Shown: positions 25,193 through 34,979 of the stretch, one piece after another
How positions within the stretch are numbered: position 1 is the stretch's first letter
Layout: the number at the start of each line of letters is the position of its first letter
NCBI GenBank assembly: GCA_963723995.1
Contig: CAVRSZ010000008.1
Coordinates: 462,555-526,554, forward strand
DNA: 64,000 nt
Origin: an uncultured Acidimicrobiales bacterium
GTDB lineage: Bacteria > Actinomycetota > Acidimicrobiia > Acidimicrobiales > SZUA-35
Reading direction: 5' to 3'
Made by a program: the position numbers and the translations under genes
Notes under the pieces: generated by a model
Databases searched by the model: none
Seen by the model: the letters and a program-made list of their open reading frames with translations, nothing else
What the model was told of the DNA's origin: nothing

Positions 25193-26602
25193 ATGGCAAA
25201 TTACACCAAGCGATACGAGGAAAACGACGAAGGGCTCCGCTTCCAGGACCTCCAGTACGTCGGAAACTTCAAGGACCTTCCGCCGGTGCCGGACGGTATT
25301 CTCGGCGACCGGATGATGCGGCAACGAGCCAAGTCCAAGGTACTGGAAAGGGTCTCACACGAAGATGTGCTCAAGGACCAGTTCACCATTGACGAGCTGA
25401 ACGATCTCAACAACTACCTGGCGTGGAACATCTGGGACGTGCTGGTCATGCGTGCCACCGAGGGCGAGTCGGGCATGATCCCCCGCCAGCAGTACGAGAT
25501 TCTCGCCTTCATGAACGAGTTCTATCGTTGGCCGGAGATTTTTCAGATGGCGACCGACGAAGTGGGAGCCCAGGGCATCATCGACATCGGCGCCAGCGCC
25601 CGCCGGGAGATTGGGACCAAGGTCAACTGTGTGCACGATTGGTGCATCGGTGCCGTCGGTTTCGGCATGGGCCGCTGCGGTCTCTTGGCGCTCGAAGTCA
25701 TCGAGCCCGACGACTACATCGCCGAGAGCAACACCATCCTCAAGTTCATGCAGCGGGTGCTGTGGGGCAAGCGCCAGGACGGTTACATCCTCAACTCGCA
25801 GGACCGGTACCGCTGCCAGATCCACGAGGACGACTTCCTCCAGCCGCTCATCGACCAGATGGAGCACTTCGAAAAGGGCAGCCCCGCCCACGACGAGTTC
25901 ATGCGGTTCAACGCCACCGCCGAACTACTGTCGTTCCTCGATCACTACGACTGCCGCCTCGGTCTCGGTGACACCGGACCCTATCCGCTGCCCAACGGCA
26001 ACATCCTCATTGTCCGGGACCTGTTCACCAACGAGGAGGTCTACCACTGGAGCGACGTCTGCGACCACGAGAACGTGCCCCACTGTTACAGCTTGCTGCT
26101 GGAAATCGACGCCGAGGCCATGGGGCTTGACGAGATCCGGGTGAATGACATCTCGACCACGTTCACCCGGCCCAAGAACTACATCCCGTTCGTGCGGTCC
26201 GGAGCCGTCTTCGTTCGGGAGAAGTGGAACACCCCGATGTCGGAGGTGTACCAGGTGCCGATCAGCGACCTGGGTGACCATCTCACCCGGGTCCAGAACG
26301 CGACCTTCAAGCTCTACTCCAAGACGTCGAAGATGAGTCGGCGCCAGCTCATCACCAACGGCCTGTACGTGTACTACATCGACATGATTCTGCCCCACCT
26401 CCGATTGGCCGGCGTCTATGAGAAGGCCTGCCAGGATCTGAATTTCTGGGAGATCGACCGGCGGGTGTCCAATTACTACTACGAAATCGACAAGCGTGGA
26501 TTCGCCCAGGAGACCGTGCCGATGAAGATCTTCTCCGGCGCGGGCTACCTGCCGTTCTCGGACGGGGCCCGCCTCACCCGGTCGAAGTATTTCCATACAT
26601 GA
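25193..26602 (+). CDS. hypothetical protein (469 aa), no recognisable family, lower GC than its neighbours
   Basis: The ATG at 25193 has a spacer to the previous gene. The sequence is non-repetitive and rich in Tyr, Trp, Cys and His, and its stop overlaps the next start (ATGA). Confidence 0.65.
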   Translation: MANYTKRYEENDEGLRFQDLQYVGNFKDLPPVPDGILGDRMMRQRAKSKVLERVSHEDVLKDQFTIDELNDLNNYLAWNIWDVLVMRATEGESGMIPRQQYEILAFMNEFYRWPEIFQMATDEVGAQGIIDIGASARREIGTKVNCVHDWCIGAVGFGMGRCGLLALEVIEPDDYIAESNTILKFMQRVLWGKRQDGYILNSQDRYRCQIHEDDFLQPLIDQMEHFEKGSPAHDEFMRFNATAELLSFLDHYDCRLGLGDTGPYPLPNGNILIVRDLFTNEEVYHWSDVCDHENVPHCYSLLLEIDAEAMGLDEIRVNDISTTFTRPKNYIPFVRSGAVFVREKWNTPMSEVYQVPISDLGDHLTRVQNATFKLYSKTSKMSRRQLITNGLYVYYIDMILPHLRLAGVYEKACQDLNFWEIDRRVSNYYYEIDKRGFAQETVPMKIFSGAGYLPFSDGARLTRSKYFHT

Positions 26603-27168
26603 TCGACGACACCGAATTCGCCGTTCTCAACGCCCTTCACCTCAAACGGATGGCGACGGTGGCCGATGTGGCGGCGATCACCGGGTTGTCGACAACCACT
26701 GCCGAGTCGGTGGTCGACCGAGCCTCCTTCGATGGTCTGGTCGCCCCGACTCCGGCAGGGGTCATGCTCATGCCGGAGGGCACCGAGGCGGTGCTGGCCT
26801 ACTACAACGAGCGGTACGGCGAGCATCGTGGCGATCCCGCCCTGGAGAGGTGGTACGAGCGGTTCGAGGAACTGAACACCGGGTTCATCGCCGAGATCTC
26901 GGAGTGGCAGAAGTCGGGTCACGACGCGAACGTGTTGGAACGAGCGATTCGATTCGTCGAGCGGCTCACCCGCATGATCGAGGACCTGGTGCCGGACATC
27001 CACCGGTATCAACGGTACGTGGAGCGATTCAACCAGTCGATCGAGCTGGTCGACGCCGGTGAGACGGACTACGTCACCAAGCCGACAAAGGACTCACTGC
27101 ACAACATCTGGTTCGAGTTCCATGAGGACATTCTCTCCGTGCTCGGGAGGCCGAGGGACACGACCTGA
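26599..27168 (+). CDS. hypothetical protein (189 aa) with a possible N-terminal winged-helix domain
   Basis: FAVLNALHLKRMATVADVAAITGLSTTTAESVVDRASFDGLV resembles a MarR-like wHTH; the remainder is helical. Confidence 0.5.
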   Translation: MIDDTEFAVLNALHLKRMATVADVAAITGLSTTTAESVVDRASFDGLVAPTPAGVMLMPEGTEAVLAYYNERYGEHRGDPALERWYERFEELNTGFIAEISEWQKSGHDANVLERAIRFVERLTRMIEDLVPDIHRYQRYVERFNQSIELVDAGETDYVTKPTKDSLHNIWFEFHEDILSVLGRPRDTT

Positions 27169-27177
27169 CGGAGAATC

Positions 27178-29661
27178 ATGACATCGTCCAGAGCACCTAC
27201 CGTCTTTCAAATCGATGAGGTCGACGGCACGGACAGCGCTCGGTTCGGGGGCAAGGGTGCCGGGCTGGCCCGTATGACCGCCGCCGCGCTCTCCGTACCC
27301 CCTGCCTTCGTGATCAGCACCGACGGCTTTCGCCGGTGGAGCGAAGGCGATGGCGGGATTCCGGCATCGCTTGATGCCGAGATCCGCGGGGCGATGGCCG
27401 AACTGGAGCGTCGATCGGGGCGAACCTTCGCCGACTCCGGTGGTCTGCCACTGCTGGTCTCGGTTCGCTCCGGGGCTGAAATCAGCATGCCCGGGATGAT
27501 GGACACCGTCTTGAACGTCGGCATCACCGGCGCCAGCGCCCACGCCCTGGCCGACGCCACCGGCCGACCGGCGTTTGCCTGTGACACCCTCATCCGCTTC
27601 TGGCATATGTACACCGAAATCGTGCTCGGTGACGAGCTGCCGGTGTCGACTCTGGCGGAAGCGGCAGCGGTCCAAGCTCGGTGCAATCCGACCGTCAACG
27701 CCTTTGTCGCACTCGAAGCTGCGCTCGTGGCCCAACTCACCGAGCGGGGTCACGACATCCAGGGCGGGGCCGTCGACCGCCTGATGGCGACCGTGCTGGC
27801 GGTGTTCGAGTCATGGAACAACCGTCGGGCTCGCACCTACCGGCGCCACCACGGTATCCCCGATGACCTTGGGACTGCCGTCGTCGTCCAGGCCATGGTC
27901 TATGGCAACCTCAATGACAGGTCCGGGTCGGGCGTGGCCTTCTCCCGAGATCCCAACACCGGCGCAGCTGCGGTGTACGGCGAGTACCTCACCGGTCGAC
28001 AGGGCGAGGACATCGTCTCCGGGTCGGAGACCCCTGTTCCCCTCGACGATCCCCGGGGACTGGGCGAGGAGCTGCGATCGGAGCTGCTCGACGTGGCTCG
28101 AACGTTGGAGCAGATGTACCGTGACGCCGTCGATATCGAGTTCACCGTCGAAGACGGTCGCCTGTACCTGCTCCAGGTTCGGCCCGCCAAACGGACCGCC
28201 GAGGCCGCAGTCCAGATCGCCCTCAGTGTCATCGAGGAAGGCACCGTCGAACCGGTAGAGGGGCTTCGACTCGTTCAAACCGAGCAGCTGGTCAACGCCC
28301 TACGCCCCGTCTTCGCTCCCGATGCGGTTGCCACCGCCACGCTGCTGGCCGACGGTGTCGCCTCCTCGCCCGGCAGCGCGGTCGGCGAGGCTGTGCTCGA
28401 TGCAGATCGAGTGGTGGCCAGAAGCAGCGACGGGGTGGCGGTCATCCTGCTCCGTCCCATCACCAGCCCGCTCGACATTCAGGGCATGTTGGCCGCCGAG
28501 GCCATTGTCACCGCCCGAGGAGGCGCGCTGAGTCACGCTGCGGTGGTGTCCAGGGCGCTCGACAAGCCTTGCGTGGTCGGTTGTAGTGCCATCACGGTCA
28601 ACCCTGAGCAGGGCTGGTTTGAGATTGGCGGCAGGCGCTATGAGGAAGGCACCGTTATCTCGGTCGACGGCTGGGCCGGCCATGTCTACGAGGGCGCGTT
28701 GCCCCATCAGGCCTCGCGGGGCGAGACGGAGTCGGTTGCCCGCCTGCTGTCGATCGCCGACCAGGTTTCAGGCTGTGACTACTGGTTCGCCTCCTGGCCG
28801 CCAAGCGGTGACACGCCGCTTCCACCGGCGACGGGAGTCGGACCCCTGCCGCTGACCGATCTCGTCATCAATGTCGGCCTCCTTGATGAGCTCGTGGCCG
28901 AGATCGACCGTTTCACCGACGACTCACAGCAGATCGAAGCCCGAGAACGGCTGCGCGATATCGCTGCGCAGGCCACCGCCCAAGTCCTGGAATCGGCCGT
29001 CGGCATGGACGTCCACATCCGGCTCCCCCACCTCGGGTCCCCCCGCGCCCAACGGCTCATCAGTGACTGGACCGGAATGGCCCCCCAGCTGCTGTTGCCC
29101 ATGGGAATGCCGGCGCTTCAGCAGGCCCTTGTTTCCGGCATCGCGTCGGCCGCCGACGAACACCCGCCGAGTTCGCTGTGCGTGCTCATCGCCGGCGTCA
29201 CGGCACCCGGGGAACTGGCCGCCTTCGCCGAACTCGCACGCGGGGTCAGGGACGATCTCGCCGTCGGGGCGGTCGTCGGCAGTCTTGCCGGACTGGAGTC
29301 GGTGATCGACATGACCAGAGCAGGGCATCCGGTGTGGCTCGACATGATCGAACTGATCCGCTCATTCCACGGTTTCCCGAGCGCTCTCACGCTGGCCGGC
29401 GATGTGCTCGGGGCCTACGTCGAAGCCGAGATGTTGAAGTCCAACCCCCTGACGGTGCTGCCGCCGTCGCTGAGTCGAGGATTGGCCGATGCGCTCGTCG
29501 AAGAGCCGGCCGCTCGTGGTATCGGCCTAATCCAGGCGACCAGGCTTTCACCGGACATCGTGATCGAGCTGCGCTCGGCCGGCCTCGCGGTCCTCTCCCT
29601 GGATCCGGAGAGAGCCGGTGCTGTGCGACTCCTGTTGGGCCAGGCGGGCGGCGATGGGTGA
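27178..29661 (+). CDS. pyruvate phosphate dikinase-like enzyme: intact ATP-grasp N-domain and phosphohistidine domain, divergent C-terminal domain
   Basis: [54 protein letters not shown] and [25 protein letters not shown]-terminal residues ~505-827 lack the RTEHMF-type and C-terminal Cys motifs I expect in PPDK. Confidence 0.75.
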   Translation: MTSSRAPTVFQIDEVDGTDSARFGGKGAGLARMTAAALSVPPAFVISTDGFRRWSEGDGGIPASLDAEIRGAMAELERRSGRTFADSGGLPLLVSVRSGAEISMPGMMDTVLNVGITGASAHALADATGRPAFACDTLIRFWHMYTEIVLGDELPVSTLAEAAAVQARCNPTVNAFVALEAALVAQLTERGHDIQGGAVDRLMATVLAVFESWNNRRARTYRRHHGIPDDLGTAVVVQAMVYGNLNDRSGSGVAFSRDPNTGAAAVYGEYLTGRQGEDIVSGSETPVPLDDPRGLGEELRSELLDVARTLEQMYRDAVDIEFTVEDGRLYLLQVRPAKRTAEAAVQIALSVIEEGTVEPVEGLRLVQTEQLVNALRPVFAPDAVATATLLADGVASSPGSAVGEAVLDADRVVARSSDGVAVILLRPITSPLDIQGMLAAEAIVTARGGALSHAAVVSRALDKPCVVGCSAITVNPEQGWFEIGGRRYEEGTVISVDGWAGHVYEGALPHQASRGETESVARLLSIADQVSGCDYWFASWPPSGDTPLPPATGVGPLPLTDLVINVGLLDELVAEIDRFTDDSQQIEARERLRDIAAQATAQVLESAVGMDVHIRLPHLGSPRAQRLISDWTGMAPQLLLPMGMPALQQALVSGIASAADEHPPSSLCVLIAGVTAPGELAAFAELARGVRDDLAVGAVVGSLAGLESVIDMTRAGHPVWLDMIELIRSFHGFPSALTLAGDVLGAYVEAEMLKSNPLTVLPPSLSRGLADALVEEPAARGIGLIQATRLSPDIVIELRSAGLAVLSLDPERAGAVRLLLGQAGGDG

Positions 29662-29947
29662 ATCGATCGGTACCGCGCTCGGTCTGGTCGAGACCAGAGG
29701 CATGGCCGCAGCCATCGAAGCGGCCGATGCCATGGTCAAGTCGGCGAACGTCAGGCTCGTCACCAAACAGCGCCCCGGCGGTGGCATCATCACCATCATC
29801 GTCCGTGGAGACGTGGGGGCGGTGCAGGCGGCGGTGGATGCAGGCGTTGCCGCTGCATCATCGGTCGGGCAGGTCCTGGCCGCCAAAGTCATTCCTCGCC
29901 CGGCTGATGAGATCGACGGCATTCTGCGGCGCCCCCCGGTTCGGTAG
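29654..29947 (+). CDS. BMC-H hexameric shell protein (second copy)
   Basis: [26 protein letters not shown]...[17 protein letters not shown]...VIPRP. Its ATG overlaps the end of the PPDK-like gene by 8 nt. Confidence 0.9.
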   Translation: MGESIGTALGLVETRGMAAAIEAADAMVKSANVRLVTKQRPGGGIITIIVRGDVGAVQAAVDAGVAAASSVGQVLAAKVIPRPADEIDGILRRPPVR

Positions 29948-30045
29948 AGAGGATTTTTCTCCGCCCACGATCGGCCACTACGCTTCGTTGTTGGCGTCGA
30001 CCCGCGGCCGGGTCGGGCCTCGGCGGCAACAGGAGGCGTAGGCCG

Positions 30046-32343
30046 GTGACGTCAGGTCGAGCCCGCCAGCGGAATCGGACGGGTGTTGATGCCATTCCAG
30101 GTGCGGATGTTTCGCCGGTGAATCGATCGCAACCGGCGGATGTCGCCTCGCTGATCGCCGAGCTGGATTGGTCGTCCGACACGGGCCAGCGGGCGGCCAA
30201 GCGGATTGCCGAGCTGGTTGCGATGGTCGCCGGCGTGGCCGCCGCCGTTGTAGCCCTCGACGGTGACCGCTGGCGATTGGTGGCGCAGGATGGACTGCCG
30301 CGGCCCGCCACCTGGACCAACGGCAGCGATCTGTCCGAAATGAAGGACCTGTGCACTGTCGAGGCGGTCGAGGCCGCTCTGCCCCTGCGGGCCGACACGA
30401 TTGCCGGGATCAACGAGATCGCCATCGGCGGCGTTTCCGCGATTCTGATGGCCCCGGACCTCGGCCCGGACGGCGTCGTGATTGTCGGTGACCCGGGCCC
30501 TCACCGTCCGTTCATCGAGCTTGTGAATTCGGCGGTGGCGAGCATACGGCTACGGAGGGAACTGAACGCGCGGTTGGCCGGTCTTTCCGAGGAACAGATC
30601 GAGATCACCCGGCTGCTGGCCATTCGTGACGTCGATCAGCTCTTGCTGTCGACGGTCAACACAGCCAACCGGTTGATCGACGGTGACATGGCCGGCGTGA
30701 TGCTCGTTGATCGAGACGATCTTGTGATGGAGTGCTGTGTCGGTAATCGTAGTCGGCGCACCGAGCAGCTGCGCTTCTCCAAGGGCCAAGGCGTCGCCGG
30801 CTTGGTGATGGAACGGGGTGAACCATGTAAGGTCGACGACTATTTGCAGAGCCGTGTTATCACCCACCACTTTGATTCGCTGGCCCGGATCGAGGAAACG
30901 AAATCGGCGTTGGCCGCACCGTTGGTGGTGGAGGCCAAGACCATCGGTGTCCTCGAAGTCTGGCGGCGGCGGCCTTCGGTGTTCAGTGAGGCCAACGTTC
31001 GCCAGCTGGTGACGCTGGCCAACCTGGCCGCGATCGCCATCGACAATGCCAGGCTGCACGCCCTCAAGGCGGACAGTCTCGAGCGCCTGGCCCTGACAAC
31101 GGAGTCGCTCAGCCGCCAGCTCAGCACGATCGAGCAGGCCCGCTCCACCCAGACGACGCTGAGTCAATTGCTGCTCCAGGGCGAGGGAGTCGGCTCGATA
31201 TGCCGGGCCATTGCCTCCAAGCTCGACGCCGAGGTGGCACTGCTGTCATCCGAGCTCCAGGTGATGAGCAGGTGGCCTCAAGACCTGGATGTCGACGACG
31301 TCGTGGCCCGGCTCCGCGCCCTCCCCGGTGTTGATCGCCCCGGCGCCGAGCAGCTGAGCGTGCAGTTGGAGCCTGGCCGGTGGCTGGCCGCCCAGGCGGT
31401 CCGGGCGGGTTCCGATCATCTCGGCTGGTTCTGTGTGGTGCTTGCCGACGAGCCCCAGATCGGCGAAGACCTGGTGATCGGCGAGGCCGTCACGGTGACC
31501 GCCCTGTGCCAAATCATGGAGCGGACGGCCGAGGCGGCCCGGTCCGGTGAGCGGGAGTCCCTGGTCTGGAACCTTATCGAGGGGCCGATTGCTCAGCGTC
31601 GTGCCGCCGTCGATCGAGCCCGTTGGCTTCGCGTCGACCTCAGCCGGCGACGTCGACTTGTTCGAGGTGAGATCGTACCCAGCTATCCGTCGCGTCGGGT
31701 GACCTGGGACGAAGCCGAGTACGAGCGGGCGCGTCAGCGGGTACTGGCAAAGGTTCGGAGCGCGGCCATGACGCTCGGTGTGGGCGAACTGGTGGCCATC
31801 CGGGGCAATGACCTGGCTCTCATTGTGCCCGATCGTGATCTGCCGACCCTGCGTGACATGGTGGCGCAACTCGATGAGGCGGCCGCCAGTGTGCTGTCGG
31901 GCCACAGCGTGGCCTGGGGTGTCAGCAACCCCTGCAGCAACCTACTTGAACTCGACAGGGCCAACGACGAGGCGATCTCCGCTGTCCGGGCCGCTGTTCG
32001 GCTCGGTTTGGACCATACTGCGATGTATCAGGATCTCGGCGTCGTCCGACTCATCGTGTCGGACGACGATGGCGATCTTCGCCAGTTTCTCCACGACATC
32101 ATCGGTCCCCTGCTCGAGCACGACGCGGAACGCAACAGTGAACTCGTCGACACCCTTCGGGCCTACTTCGTCACCGACTACTCCCACCAGCACGCGGCAA
32201 ACCTGCTCCACATCCACCACAAGACGTTCGGATACCGGCTGGCCAAGATCGAGTCACTCACCGGCCTTGACATGCGCAGCCACGACGGCCGCATGCGGGC
32301 CGACCTCGCCCTCAAGCTGCACGACGTTGCCAACGGTCCGTAG
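30046..32343 (+). CDS. GAF-domain / PucR-family transcriptional regulator
   Basis: 765 aa. It has a GAF-like block (..GVAGLVMERGEPCKVDDY..LAAPLVVEAKTIGVLEVWR..) and a C-terminal PucR HTH (LVDTLRAYF....AANLLHIHHKTFGYRLAKIESLTG). Confidence 0.75.
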   Translation: MTSGRARQRNRTGVDAIPGADVSPVNRSQPADVASLIAELDWSSDTGQRAAKRIAELVAMVAGVAAAVVALDGDRWRLVAQDGLPRPATWTNGSDLSEMKDLCTVEAVEAALPLRADTIAGINEIAIGGVSAILMAPDLGPDGVVIVGDPGPHRPFIELVNSAVASIRLRRELNARLAGLSEEQIEITRLLAIRDVDQLLLSTVNTANRLIDGDMAGVMLVDRDDLVMECCVGNRSRRTEQLRFSKGQGVAGLVMERGEPCKVDDYLQSRVITHHFDSLARIEETKSALAAPLVVEAKTIGVLEVWRRRPSVFSEANVRQLVTLANLAAIAIDNARLHALKADSLERLALTTESLSRQLSTIEQARSTQTTLSQLLLQGEGVGSICRAIASKLDAEVALLSSELQVMSRWPQDLDVDDVVARLRALPGVDRPGAEQLSVQLEPGRWLAAQAVRAGSDHLGWFCVVLADEPQIGEDLVIGEAVTVTALCQIMERTAEAARSGERESLVWNLIEGPIAQRRAAVDRARWLRVDLSRRRRLVRGEIVPSYPSRRVTWDEAEYERARQRVLAKVRSAAMTLGVGELVAIRGNDLALIVPDRDLPTLRDMVAQLDEAAASVLSGHSVAWGVSNPCSNLLELDRANDEAISAVRAAVRLGLDHTAMYQDLGVVRLIVSDDDGDLRQFLHDIIGPLLEHDAERNSELVDTLRAYFVTDYSHQHAANLLHIHHKTFGYRLAKIESLTGLDMRSHDGRMRADLALKLHDVANGP

Positions 32344-32372
32344 CGGCGTCGAGGAGATGTCATCGCCGAGCC

Positions 32373-34979
32373 TCAGTCGGCCAGCTCGACGGTGGTCACG
32401 GCCACCACGTCGGCCACGCTGTTGGCGACGACGATGTCGTAGCGGCCCGGGTCGATGGTCCAGCCCGGCTCGGTCCGGCGCTGCCGGCCCTGGAGCTGGG
32501 GCAGGGTGGCGGCGGTGTGGGCCTGAAGGTCCGGCCAATCCGGCTGCGCCGGGTCCCAGTAGGCGAAGGATCGATCATCCAACGTCAACCCCACCGTGGT
32601 CGTCTCCCCCGGTTCCAGGGTGACCTTGGCGAAGGCCTTCAGCTCCCTGTCCGGTCGAGTCAGGCGGGACTGGTGGGGGCGCACATAGCACTGCACCACA
32701 TGACTACCGGGACGGTCGCCGGTGTTGGTCACCGGCACCCGGATCTCCACGCCGATGCCGTTGCCGTCGCCGGCACCGAGGACCGCCGTCTCGGCATTCA
32801 ACTCCGGTTCGCCGATGTCGAACGTGGCATACGACAGGCCGTGGCCGAAGGGGAACAGAGTGGGCAGCCTCCGGCTCTCGTACCACCGGTAGCCCATGAA
32901 GATGCCCTCGGCATACGGCACCTGATCGTTGTCGCCGGGGAAGTTGCCATAGCTCGGCGTGTGCTCGACACACAGCGGCAAGGTGGTCGGCAGCCGCCCA
33001 CCGGGGTCGGCCAGACCGATCAACACATCGACCAGGGCGTCGGCCATCTCCTGGCCTCCGAGCCAGCTGATCACGATGGCGGGGGCGGTCGAGGCCCACG
33101 GCATCAGCACCGGGGAACCGGCGTTGACCACCACCACGGTGCGGGGATTGGCCTCGACCACGGCGGTGACCAGTGCATCCTGGATCCCGGGTAAACCCAG
33201 CGAGGTCCGGTCCTCGCCCTCGGTCTCCCAGTCGTCGTTGGTGCCGACCACCACCAGCGCCACATCGGCGGCCCGGGCCGCGGCCACCGCCTCGGCCAAG
33301 GGGTCGTCCGGTTGGGGGGCCTGGACGCGGAGGTCGAGCCCGGTGAAAACCGCACCCTCCACCGTCACCGTCTCCACCACGATCTCGTGCTCGGTCCCGG
33401 CGTCCAGCTCCAGCTCGGCCGGCATGGGGACGGAACCGAACCCGAAGAAGGCGGAACCGGTCGGCGGTGACTCGGTGACGCCGTCGACCACCAGCTCACC
33501 GTCGATGAACAAGCGCGTCGGGGTGATCTGGACCACCTCGAACCGGTGGGTTCCTGACCGTGACGGGGTGTAGAGGGCACGGGCCCGAACCGAATAGGCG
33601 CTGAGCCGGGCTCCGGCATAGGGTTCATCCCCCGAGATCAATCGGCTGGTGTCGCGGGTGGAGGTGCCGGCGGGCTCACCCGACCATGACATGTTGTCGA
33701 AGATCTCGAGCAGGAAGCCCTGATCGCCGTGGGCGGTTCGAATCTCGCCGCCCTCCAGCAACGGGGGCTGCTTGTCGATGAAACAGCCCGGCGAATAGCC
33801 GATGTCGACCGAATCCCCGAGCCGGTTCCGCAACGCGGCCAGCGGACTGGTGCGATGGAACGGCCGCAGGTTGGCCGAGCCACCGCCCATGATCTGGGCC
33901 CGGGCGGCGTTGGGGCCGATCACGGCGATCGAGCCGAGTCCATCGACGTCGAGGGGAAGCAGCGGCCCGGCCACCGCCGGCTCGTCTTCTCCGGGTCTAT
34001 TTGCAGCGGGTTCGTTTTTCAGGAGGACCATGGCCTCGGCCGCAGCCCGACGGGCCAGCCTCCGGTGCTCGGGAAGGTCGATGGACTGCTCGGTCCGGGG
34101 CTCGTCGTCGAGGGCTCCGATTCGTTCGAACGTCGACAACATGCGACCGGCCAGCACATCCAGCGTCGCCTCCGGCACCCGGCCGTCCCGAACCGCCTGT
34201 CCCAGCACCGAGCCGTAGATGCGGTCGCCGACCGGCATCTCGATGTCGAGCCCGGCCGCCGCCGAGTTGACGGTGTCGGCGGCGGCAAACCAGTCGGTGG
34301 TGACGAACCCTTCGAACCCCCATTCCTGCCGGAGCACATCGGTCAGCAGCCACGGCTGCTCGGTGCAGTAGGCGCCGTTCAGTCGGTTGTAGGAGGCCAT
34401 GATGCCCAGTGCTCCACCCTGGGTCACGGCGAGTTCGAACGGCACCAGATACAGCTCCCGCAGGGCCCTATCGTCGATCATGGAGTTGCTGGTCCAGCGG
34501 TCGGTCTCGGTTTCGTTACCCACGAAGTGTTTGACCGTGGTGATGACCCCCTGCGACTGCACCCCCCGGCAGTAGGCGGCGGCCAGCATCCCCGACAGCA
34601 ACGGGTCCTCGGAGAAGCATTCGAAGTTGCGACCGGCCAGCGGCGATCGGTGGAGGTTGACGGTCGGGGCCAGCAGCACGCGGGCCGACTTGGTCCGGGT
34701 TTCCCGCCCCAGCAACACTCCCAGCTCCTCCACCAGGTCGGGGTTCCACGTGGCTCCGAGGGCCGAACCACAGGGGATGCAGGTGGCCTTCGACTCGCCC
34801 GAGCCCAGCAGTGACGAGCCCCGGGCCCCGTTCGGTCCGTCGGTGCTTGCCCAGTCCTGGATGCCCAGGCGCGCCACTCCGGCCATGGTGAACAGGCCCG
34901 ATCCGGCGGTCATGGTCGCCTTCTCCTCCAGGGTCAGGGTGGGAAGGAGTTCGGCGGTGCGGGGGCCGAGTTCGGTCAT
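32373..34979 (-). CDS. glycoside hydrolase family 3 beta-glucosidase with an inserted PA14-like domain
   Basis: 868 aa; KHFVGNETE, GFVTTDW (nucleophile Asp) and a C-terminal fibronectin-like domain. Confidence 0.8.
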   Translation of the reverse strand: MTELGPRTAELLPTLTLEEKATMTAGSGLFTMAGVARLGIQDWASTDGPNGARGSSLLGSGESKATCIPCGSALGATWNPDLVEELGVLLGRETRTKSARVLLAPTVNLHRSPLAGRNFECFSEDPLLSGMLAAAYCRGVQSQGVITTVKHFVGNETETDRWTSNSMIDDRALRELYLVPFELAVTQGGALGIMASYNRLNGAYCTEQPWLLTDVLRQEWGFEGFVTTDWFAAADTVNSAAAGLDIEMPVGDRIYGSVLGQAVRDGRVPEATLDVLAGRMLSTFERIGALDDEPRTEQSIDLPEHRRLARRAAAEAMVLLKNEPAANRPGEDEPAVAGPLLPLDVDGLGSIAVIGPNAARAQIMGGGSANLRPFHRTSPLAALRNRLGDSVDIGYSPGCFIDKQPPLLEGGEIRTAHGDQGFLLEIFDNMSWSGEPAGTSTRDTSRLISGDEPYAGARLSAYSVRARALYTPSRSGTHRFEVVQITPTRLFIDGELVVDGVTESPPTGSAFFGFGSVPMPAELELDAGTEHEIVVETVTVEGAVFTGLDLRVQAPQPDDPLAEAVAAARAADVALVVVGTNDDWETEGEDRTSLGLPGIQDALVTAVVEANPRTVVVVNAGSPVLMPWASTAPAIVISWLGGQEMADALVDVLIGLADPGGRLPTTLPLCVEHTPSYGNFPGDNDQVPYAEGIFMGYRWYESRRLPTLFPFGHGLSYATFDIGEPELNAETAVLGAGDGNGIGVEIRVPVTNTGDRPGSHVVQCYVRPHQSRLTRPDRELKAFAKVTLEPGETTTVGLTLDDRSFAYWDPAQPDWPDLQAHTAATLPQLQGRQRRTEPGWTIDPGRYDIVVANSVADVVAVTTVELAD

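Noticed and set aside
16363-32343. Assigning the BMC locus to the RMM (aminoacetone/aminopropanol) type because of the actinobacterial context and the presence of EutJ
   Set aside because: I see no class III aminotransferase, aminoglycoside-phosphotransferase-like kinase or phospho-lyase. The cargo set is different, so I left the type unassigned.
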